Shown: positions 56,784 to 64,000 of the stretch, piece after piece
Numbering within the stretch: the stretch's first letter is position 1
Layout: each line of letters begins with the position of its first letter
Source: Spirulina sp.
GTDB taxonomy: Bacteria > Cyanobacteriota > Cyanobacteriia > Phormidesmidales > Phormidesmidaceae
Direction: 5' to 3'
Assembly: GCA_044070495.1 (NCBI GenBank)
Contig: JBIPSI010000022.1
Coordinates: 22,949-86,948 of the forward strand
DNA length: 64,000 nucleotides
Notes under the pieces: model-generated
Told to the model about the DNA's origin: nothing
Database searches by the model: none
The model's input: only the letters and a program-made list of their open reading frames with translations
Translations under genes and position numbers: made by a program

Positions 56784-57440
56784 ATGGAGTACGGTAACGG
56801 CTTACTCTCTGGCCACAATTTAGGACGACCCTTGGGGGATCGCTGGCTCTGGCGCGGCGTTGGCTTTCACCTATACCCTGGCGATTGTCTGGGTCTGGTT
56901 GCTCCCTCTGGGGCGGGCAAAACCTTGCTGCTGCGAAACCTAGTTTTGCTGGATCCTCTAGCCACGGGAGAGGTTCGTTTGGCGGGCAAAACGCCGATAG
57001 AGTGGGGTTTGCCCACCTACCGTAGTCGCGTGATGTATCTGCCCCAGCGGTCGGTGGCCTTTGCTGGCACGGTGCGGGCCAACCTCCAGCGAGCCTTCGC
57101 TGCCAAAATCCATGCCCAGCAACGATTTGATCCTGACCGTATCCAGACCTGGCTCCACCACCTCGGTCGCGACCTCGATTTTCTCGATCTGGAGGGATCT
57201 CGGCTTTCCGGTGGCGAGGTGCAAATTCTGGCCCTGCTGCGGGCGCTTCAGCTCGATCCCCAGGTGCTGCTGCTGGATGAACCCACTGCGTCGTTAGATG
57301 CCGCCACAACTTGCCAAGTCGAGGCCCTGATTGCCCAGTGGCTTCGGCAGCCAAATCGGGCCTGCATCCTGACCAGCCATGATCCCGACCAGATGGATCG
57401 CACCGCCACCCGCCAGCTTCGCCTCAAGGACTTTACCTAA
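56784..57440 (+). CDS. ABC ATP-binding protein (FetA-like)
   Basis: PSGAGKT, LSGGE, LLLDEPT. Confidence 0.88.
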   Translation: MEYGNGLLSGHNLGRPLGDRWLWRGVGFHLYPGDCLGLVAPSGAGKTLLLRNLVLLDPLATGEVRLAGKTPIEWGLPTYRSRVMYLPQRSVAFAGTVRANLQRAFAAKIHAQQRFDPDRIQTWLHHLGRDLDFLDLEGSRLSGGEVQILALLRALQLDPQVLLLDEPTASLDAATTCQVEALIAQWLRQPNRACILTSHDPDQMDRTATRQLRLKDFT

Positions 57441-58240
57441 TGGACGGTCGCTATCTCTCCCTTGGCTATGGCCAACTTGCCCTGGCGGCCCTGCTGATTT
57501 TGGTGAACGTGGTGCTGTCGGCGGTCTTTCAGTTGGGCCTAGGGAAGACGCTGGTGGTGGCTTCGTTCCGCATGGTGGTTCAGCTTTTACTGATTGGCTT
57601 TGTGCTGGAATGGCTATTTACCCAGGAGAACCCCCTCGTCGTTGTGGCGATTGCCCTGGGGATGGCATGGATGGCGGGCATTGCTGCCGTAAACCGCACC
57701 CAGCGGCGGTTTGCGGGCATCTACTGGCATAGTCTGCTGTCGGTGCTGGCCTCGTCGGCCCTAGTCACCGGCTTGGCCATGGTCGGCATTATCCGCGTCC
57801 AGCCCTGGTACGACCCCCAGTACCTGATCCCGCTGTTGGGCATGGTGTTGGGCAACACCCTTAGCGGTATTTCCCTAGGGCTGGATCGCTTTATGGAGAG
57901 CCTGATGGCCCAGCGCGACCAGATTGAAACCCTGCTAACCCTGGGGGCAACCCGCTGGGAAGCCGTCCATAGCCAAGTGCGCGAGGCTATCCGGGTGGGC
58001 ATGGTTCCTACCATCAATTCCATGATGGTGATGGGTTTGGTGAGCCTGCCAGGGATGATGACCGGACAAATTCTGGCCGGGGCCAACCCCATTGATGCCG
58101 TGCGTTACCAGATTGTGATTGTGTTTATGATCGCCGCTGGGGCCGCCCTAGGGGTGTTTGGCGTGGTGATTCTGGCCTACTACCGACTGCTCAGTCCTGA
58201 TCATCAGCTCCGCCTAGATCGCCTGAACGTAACTCGGTGA
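57440..58240 (+). CDS. fetB: ABC permease FetB/UPF0014 family
   Basis: RMVVQLLLIG, YLIPLLGMVLGN, LGAT, GLVSLPGMMTGQILAG, AVRYQI. Confidence 0.88.
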   Translation: MDGRYLSLGYGQLALAALLILVNVVLSAVFQLGLGKTLVVASFRMVVQLLLIGFVLEWLFTQENPLVVVAIALGMAWMAGIAAVNRTQRRFAGIYWHSLLSVLASSALVTGLAMVGIIRVQPWYDPQYLIPLLGMVLGNTLSGISLGLDRFMESLMAQRDQIETLLTLGATRWEAVHSQVREAIRVGMVPTINSMMVMGLVSLPGMMTGQILAGANPIDAVRYQIVIVFMIAAGAALGVFGVVILAYYRLLSPDHQLRLDRLNVTR

Positions 58241-58347
58241 AACGGGATTGCAACCCCTTGAAGTCGCCCATCTAGAAGTCGCCCATCTAGAAGCAGACGG
58301 TCATCAGCACCGCCAAAGGGGAGTGATGATTCGCCGTTGGAGTGGGG

Positions 58348-58671
58348 CTAGAGCATGGATCCAATGGCTTTGCTCACGGCCTCAAACATGCGTTGGCAGT
58401 GGTTATTGTGCTGAAGGGGCAGCTCCTCATTTTTGACCACTAGGTTTACCCTTGCGGTTTTCGCCACGGTGGTCGGCTGGTTGATCATCACTTCAATGGT
58501 CGTGAGTTGAGCGAGGGCCACTTGTCCCGGCTTCTCTTTGGCCACGAAATAATCCTTGTTGGCGTACACCATGCTAAGGCCACAGTCCTCCAGGGTTTTG
58601 ACAATGGAGGCTCCCAGGCTTTGGGATGTTTCAGGTTCAGAGAGGGTTAATAAGTTGGTATAACGAGCCAT
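58348..58671 (-). CDS. Conserved hypothetical protein
   Basis: MARYT...AKEKPGQV, VVKNEELPL..NNHC. Confidence 0.75.
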   Translation of the reverse strand: MARYTNLLTLSEPETSQSLGASIVKTLEDCGLSMVYANKDYFVAKEKPGQVALAQLTTIEVMINQPTTVAKTARVNLVVKNEELPLQHNNHCQRMFEAVSKAIGSML

Positions 58672-59094
58672 AGAAACCTTTTGGTTGAACCATTACGTCA
58701 CGGCTAACGGGCATCCTAGCCCCGCTGACTAAGCCATCACAGTACCGTCACAATATTAAGTTTCACTGCAGTGCTGCATCAACGGCCTCGCCCTGATATA
58801 TGCCAGCCCTGCCTATGTATATCATAGATGCCCTGTGGCTGTCTGCGGTTGGGCCACAGCCCTAGGCCGCCCTTAGTCCTATCGGTCTGAGCTTGAGTTG
58901 ACGCCAGGGTTCATGGCTTGGTTCCCGCCCCATCGACGGTAGGGTTATCTACGGTGGAGGTTACTCGCAGCTAAAGAACCGCAGGGGGCCATCGGTGCAG
59001 CAGGGGCAAATATGTACCAGGAAAGCCGTTGGCACCCCGTGTTAGCCGATACAATCACTCTTAATAGCTAATCGCTGAATAGGGTGGGCAAACG

Positions 59095-62000
59095 ATGGCC
59101 AAGGCGCAGATATCGCTGGAGGACGAGCGGGCGAAACTGCTGGAACGCTATCACCAACTCCCAGCCTTTGATCGGGAACTGGTGCAGTTGTTCTCCATTA
59201 TTTACACCCCCGTGGGCAAGACCAAGGTGGTGGATTGTCTTAATGCCTACCTGCGCCACAGCGGCCAAAAGCTTAAGTACAACCTGGCCGAATTGAGTCC
59301 CCACCTGGCCCGGCTGATGAACCGCGAGATCTTGGTGGTTGAAGGCGGGCATGGTTCCCGGTGTCATCCCCTGCTGGTGGAATTGGTGACTCGCGACGCC
59401 CTGCGCCAGGGTACCTTTGAGCCGATGGTGACGGCGGTGCAGGAGAAACTGCCGATCCCTACCGTGGGCTGGAATCGGAGTCAGCGGTCGTTCCAAAGCG
59501 AAGATCAGTTTCTGCGGGAGGTGCGCATTGGCCTCTATCGGGTGGATTGGGACTACATCGAAAAACAGTTTGAGACCTACTACAACCATGTTTTTGCCAC
59601 CAGCCGCATCTCCATGGCCCAGGTGTTTGAGGAAATTTGCAACAACCCCTTCGACCGGGACTGGTTCCTCACCCTGAAAAAAGACCCCGACATCTACGAA
59701 GCGGCCCTCGGCAACCTCTGTGTCAACTCGATTCTGGCCCTCACCCCGGCGGAGGATGCCTTTGCCCTGCTGCAAGCAGATTGTCAGGGGGAAAAGACCA
59801 CCGCCTCGAACCAACTGCGGAGCATTTGGATTCAGCAACTGCTGATGCGGGGACGACTGGCGGAGGCGGAAGCGGGACTTAAAGACTTGGCTAAGGACGC
59901 CCCAGAGGAGTCCCTTTTATTGCACGGCTGGCTCAGTTGTTTGCGGGGGAACTATGCCGCAACCATCGAAGCGGGGCAATTGGCGCTCAAAATACTGAAA
60001 AAAGCCACGGGCAAGCGCAAAGTTTACTTTGATACCGTGCCAGGCATCTTTCCGATATTGGCCCTGTTGCAGGAGGGCAGTGCCGCCAGCCTCCGCACCG
60101 CCGAGGAATACGCCCACCCCATTGCCGAGCAAACCTATCGCCACTGGCTCTCCGTGACCCACGGATCCCTCGAAAAGGTGGCCCAGACCTTGCAGGGCAA
60201 TACCGCCGCCAAGGCCTACCTCACCAACACCCCCCTCAGCACCCTAGCCGACTCCCACAGCTTTGAGGCGTTGATCGATGCCCTCTGCCTGTACTGGGTG
60301 AATGTAGACGCGGCCCGTGATCGGCTCCCCAATCCGGTGAAGGAGATCTACAAAGACGCCAAGGCCGCTGGCTACGACTGGTTTGCCCTAGAGGCGGCCA
60401 CGGTGCTATCTCGACTGAATCCGCGCAGCACCTACGGCAAGGAAGCCCCGGCCCTGCGGGAATCCACCGGAATTCAGCCCGTTACGGAAATCATTGCCCC
60501 CAAGGAACCCTGGGAACTGGCCCTAACGGCGTTGATCGGCCTCAACCCTGGCCTCGCCAAGACCGAAGGATCGGCGGCAGCGGTGGAAACCGAGTATCGG
60601 CTGGCCTGGTTTTTAACGATGTATTCCAGCCAAACCTGGATACTGCAACCGAAGGAGCAGAAAATCAGCGTTAAGGGCGGCTGGAGTCGGGGCCGAGTGG
60701 TGGCCCTGCATCGTCTGAAGTATGAACTCGACAGCTTTCCCTACCTCACCCTCCAGGATCGGGAAATTTGCGCCTACCTAACCTCAGACTACAGTTCCTA
60801 CGGCTCCAACAGCTACCGTTTCCAGGACAAGGCCCTGCTGGCCCTAGTGGGGCATCCCCTGGTGTTTTGGGAAGATGCCCCCACCACGCCGCTGGAAATG
60901 GTCAAGGGAGAACCCGCCCTGACCGTGAAACAGGGCAAAAACGGGATGCTCACCCTCTCCCTGACGCCGCCCCTGGAGGAGAAACAGGCCATCGCCCTGA
61001 TCAAAGAAACCCCCACCCGCATCAAGGTGGTGGAATTTACCAAGGAACACCAACGCATTGCCGCCGTGCTTGGCCCCAAAAATGCCCTAGAAGTGCCCGA
61101 AAGCGCCAAGGACAAGGTGCTAGAAACCCTCAACGCCATCGTTAGCCTGGTGACGGTGCATTCCGACATTGGCGGCGGCATCACCGATGCAGAAGAAGTC
61201 CCCGCCCAGACCATTCCCCACCTGCACCTACTGCCCGCCGGATCTGGCCTCAAGGTGTCGTTGCTAACCCGCCCCTTTGGCGACGATGGCCCCTACTACC
61301 GACCGGGCAGCGGCGGCGAAATGGTGCTGGCGGAGGTGGGCGGCAAACGACTCCAAACTCACCGCGACCTGAAGGAAGAGAAAAAACTGGCCCGCGTCGT
61401 GGAAAAAGCCTGCCCCACCCTGCAACGCCTGGAGGACGAGGCCGGGGAATGGCTGATTGATGACCCGGAGGACTGCCTAGAACTGCTGCTGGAACTGCAA
61501 GACCTGGGCGATCAGGCGGTGGTGGAATGGCCCGAAGGCGAGAAAATGCGGGTCATCAACCGAGTCGGGCTGGGGGACTTCAAGGTGCAGATCCAGCGTC
61601 AGCGAGACTGGTTTGCCGCCAGTGGCGAACTCTCCGTCAGCGATGACCAAGTGCTGGATATGCAGCGGCTGATGGCGCTTTTAGAAGCCTCCCCTGGTCG
61701 GTTTATCAAGCTGGCGGATGGGGAATTTGTGGCCCTCACCCAGGAATTTCGCAAGCGCCTGGACGAACTGCGGGCCTTCTCGGAAACCAGCGGCAAGGGC
61801 GTGCGCTTCCATCCCCTCGCCTCCTTGGCCATGGAAGACTGGATGGACGAGGTGGGCCAACTCAAAACCGATAAGCACTGGAAAGACCACGTCAAACGCC
61901 TGAAGGAAGCCCAGGATCTCAAGCCCGAACTGCCTTCCACCCTGCAAGCGGAACTGCGGGACTACCAAGTCGAGGGCTTTAACTGGTTGGCGCGGCTGGC

Positions 62001-63330
62001 CCACTGGGGTGTAGGGGCCTGCTTGGCCGACGACATGGGCCTTGGCAAAACCCTGCAAGCTCTGGCGGTGATCCTCACCCGTGCGCCGGAGGGGCCAACC
62101 CTGATCGTTGCGCCCACCTCCGTGTGCATGAACTGGCTGAGCGAGGCCGAAAAGTTTGCCCCCACCCTCAACCCGATTCAGTTTGGCAGTGGCGACCGTC
62201 AAAAAGTCTTGGACTCCCTACAACCCTTCGACCTGCTGGTGTGCAGCTACGGCCTGCTGCAACAGGAGGAGGTGGCCAAAATGCTGGCGGAAGTGCAGTG
62301 GCAAACCATTGTGCTAGACGAAGCCCAGGCGATCAAAAATTCCGCTACTAAACGATCTCAGGCGGCGATGAAACTCCAGGGCGGCTTCAAAATTCTCACC
62401 ACGGGCACCCCCATCGAAAACCACCTGGGGGAACTGTGGAACCTGTTTCGGTTCATCAATCCCGGCCTGCTGGGTTCCCAGGAGCAATTCAACCAGCGCT
62501 TTGCCAACGCCATCGAACGCAACCAGGACAAACAGGCCCGCAACCGCCTGAAGAAGCTGATCCAGCCCTTCATCCTGCGCCGCACCAAAACCGAAGTGCT
62601 CGACGAACTGCCCGCCCGCACCGAAATCACCCTCCAGGTGGAACTCAGCACCCAGGAAATGGCCTTCTACGAAGCCCTGCGGCGGGAAGCCATCGCCAAA
62701 CTCTCGGAACCAGGGGCCGAGGGCGGGGCCAAACACCTACAAGTGCTGGCGGAAATCATGAAACTACGCCGCGCCTGCTGCAACACCCGCCTGGTGAAGG
62801 CCGAACCCAAACTGCCCAGCGCCAAACTCGATGCCTTTGGGGAAATTTTGGAGGAACTGCTCGAAAATAACCACAAAGCCCTGGTGTTCAGTCAATTTGT
62901 AGACCATCTCGCCATCCTGCGCGAATTCCTCGATAAACAAAAGATTCACTACCAATACCTGGATGGCAGCACCCCCGCCAAGGATCGCAAAAAACGCGTC
63001 GATGCCTTCCAATCGGGCCAGGGCGATGTGTTTTTGATTAGCCTCAAGGCCGGGGGCACCGGGCTGAATCTCACCGCAGCGGACTACGTGATCCACATGG
63101 ATCCCTGGTGGAACCCCGCCGTGGAAGACCAGGCCAGCGACCGCGCCCACCGCATGGGCCAACAGCGCCCCGTCACCATCTACCGCCTGGTGGCCCAAAA
63201 CACCATCGAGGAAAAAATCGTGGACTTGCACAAACAAAAACGCGACCTGGCCGACAGCCTGCTAGAGGGCACCGACATGAGTGGCAAGATCTCCACCGAC
63301 GAACTGCTGCGCATGATCAGCGAAGGGTAG
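59095..63330 (+). CDS. Large SNF2-family helicase/ATPase with helical N-terminal extension
   Basis: LADDMGLGKT, VLDEAQAIKN, TGTPIENHL, SLKAGGTGLNL, QASDRAHRMGQ. Confidence 0.95.
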   Translation: MAKAQISLEDERAKLLERYHQLPAFDRELVQLFSIIYTPVGKTKVVDCLNAYLRHSGQKLKYNLAELSPHLARLMNREILVVEGGHGSRCHPLLVELVTRDALRQGTFEPMVTAVQEKLPIPTVGWNRSQRSFQSEDQFLREVRIGLYRVDWDYIEKQFETYYNHVFATSRISMAQVFEEICNNPFDRDWFLTLKKDPDIYEAALGNLCVNSILALTPAEDAFALLQADCQGEKTTASNQLRSIWIQQLLMRGRLAEAEAGLKDLAKDAPEESLLLHGWLSCLRGNYAATIEAGQLALKILKKATGKRKVYFDTVPGIFPILALLQEGSAASLRTAEEYAHPIAEQTYRHWLSVTHGSLEKVAQTLQGNTAAKAYLTNTPLSTLADSHSFEALIDALCLYWVNVDAARDRLPNPVKEIYKDAKAAGYDWFALEAATVLSRLNPRSTYGKEAPALRESTGIQPVTEIIAPKEPWELALTALIGLNPGLAKTEGSAAAVETEYRLAWFLTMYSSQTWILQPKEQKISVKGGWSRGRVVALHRLKYELDSFPYLTLQDREICAYLTSDYSSYGSNSYRFQDKALLALVGHPLVFWEDAPTTPLEMVKGEPALTVKQGKNGMLTLSLTPPLEEKQAIALIKETPTRIKVVEFTKEHQRIAAVLGPKNALEVPESAKDKVLETLNAIVSLVTVHSDIGGGITDAEEVPAQTIPHLHLLPAGSGLKVSLLTRPFGDDGPYYRPGSGGEMVLAEVGGKRLQTHRDLKEEKKLARVVEKACPTLQRLEDEAGEWLIDDPEDCLELLLELQDLGDQAVVEWPEGEKMRVINRVGLGDFKVQIQRQRDWFAASGELSVSDDQVLDMQRLMALLEASPGRFIKLADGEFVALTQEFRKRLDELRAFSETSGKGVRFHPLASLAMEDWMDEVGQLKTDKHWKDHVKRLKEAQDLKPELPSTLQAELRDYQVEGFNWLARLAHWGVGACLADDMGLGKTLQALAVILTRAPEGPTLIVAPTSVCMNWLSEAEKFAPTLNPIQFGSGDRQKVLDSLQPFDLLVCSYGLLQQEEVAKMLAEVQWQTIVLDEAQAIKNSATKRSQAAMKLQGGFKILTTGTPIENHLGELWNLFRFINPGLLGSQEQFNQRFANAIERNQDKQARNRLKKLIQPFILRRTKTEVLDELPARTEITLQVELSTQEMAFYEALRREAIAKLSEPGAEGGAKHLQVLAEIMKLRRACCNTRLVKAEPKLPSAKLDAFGEILEELLENNHKALVFSQFVDHLAILREFLDKQKIHYQYLDGSTPAKDRKKRVDAFQSGQGDVFLISLKAGGTGLNLTAADYVIHMDPWWNPAVEDQASDRAHRMGQQRPVTIYRLVAQNTIEEKIVDLHKQKRDLADSLLEGTDMSGKISTDELLRMISEG

Positions 63331-63579
63331 GGAGGATGGATGGAGATGAGTTCAGTGTGGACTTGGAGATGGGGGACGATGGCTTCTGAATTGGGTTGAT
63401 CGATTTGATCAGGACAGTTCTCAAAGTTCACCCCATAGGTGAGGCAGATGGGGTGACACTTGCTAGAATTCATTCGATTTTTGCGGGGGGAGTTGTCCAA
63501 ACCTCAGGCCCCCATGCCCCTTCAGTAAGTCCCTAATCCTTTCCATTCTCTTTGAAGGAAAATCCTTCATGAAGTCCCT

Positions 63580-64000
63580 ATGTCTAGGAACCATACGCCC
63601 CAGTCTGCCTTAGCGTTTTACCCTCTGATGGCTGGATTATTGGCCCTTGCCTCACCCGCTTATGCCGAACCTATGCCAGGGATGGAAGCCTTACCGCCCT
63701 CGGTGATCGAAAGTACCCAGGAATCTGCGCCAGGGATGGAAGCCTTACCGCCCTCGGTGATCGAAAGTACCCAGGAATCTGCGCCAGGGATGGAAGCCTT
63801 ACCGCCCTCGGTGATCGAAAGTACCCAGGAATCTGCGCCAGGGATGGAAGCCTTACCGTCCTCGGTGATCGAAAGTACTCAGGAACCTGCGCCAGGGATG
63901 GAAGCCTTACCGTCCTCGGTGATCGAAAGTTCTAAGCCCTCCAGTGTGGATAAGTTTTATGCCGAGGCTCAGGCAAACCTGTCGGAGGATTTTTACCTTC
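63580..64000 (+). CDS. Secreted protein with 18-aa tandem repeats, possibly an M48 peptidase (3' end outside window)
   Basis: MSRNH...LLALASPAYA signal peptide, repeats PGMEALPPSVIESTQESA, then FYAEAQANLSEDFYL resembling cyanobacterial M48 N-termini. Confidence 0.65.
   Translation, partial: MSRNHTPQSALAFYPLMAGLLALASPAYAEPMPGMEALPPSVIESTQESAPGMEALPPSVIESTQESAPGMEALPPSVIESTQESAPGMEALPSSVIESTQEPAPGMEALPSSVIESSKPSSVDKFYAEAQANLSEDFYL
63676..63930 (+). repeat. 54-bp coding tandem repeat, ~4.7 copies
   Basis: Units start at 63676, 63730, 63784, 63838 and 63892. The first three are identical. Confidence 0.95.

Noticed and set aside
126..63500. Numerous long antisense and alternate-frame ORFs over psaB, SNF2, SulP, norB and others
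   Set aside because: Shadow ORFs expected from GC-rich codon bias, with no independent motifs.
63676..63930. Possible CRISPR array
   Set aside because: Units are contiguous 54-bp in-frame repeats with no unique spacers and no cas genes.

Overview
Cyanobacterial chromosome segment (psaB, acsF, crtD, clpR/clpP3, a BicA-like SulP). A filamentous Leptolyngbya/Nodosilinea-like host is my inference from gene content and codon style. Positions 1-1766 are the 3' part of psaB. About 1.8-13.4 kb is an AT-richer accessory region: XisH/XisI, several toxin-antitoxin modules (many reduced to orphan antitoxins or 5' fragments), an HNH nuclease, a serpin, a degenerate IS630, HicBA, a secretory lipase and a HEPN-motif protein. 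In its minus-strand half, cassettes are punctuated by a conserved AGTCA-GTAG REP-like element that supplies their stop codons. About 13.4-48 kb is mostly housekeeping or conserved genes interspersed with REPIN-like doublets and nested MITEs. About 48.6-53.7 kb is a nitric-oxide detoxification cluster: a Crp/Fnr regulator, qNor NorB with a perfect TTGAC-N4-GTCAA box, truncated hemoglobin GlbN and a cupin. It is followed by candidate restriction-like nucleases, FetAB, a second SNF2 helicase and the start of a secreted protein with a 54-bp tandem array. No tRNA, rRNA or CRISPR array was recognised. All calls are by eye, without database searches.
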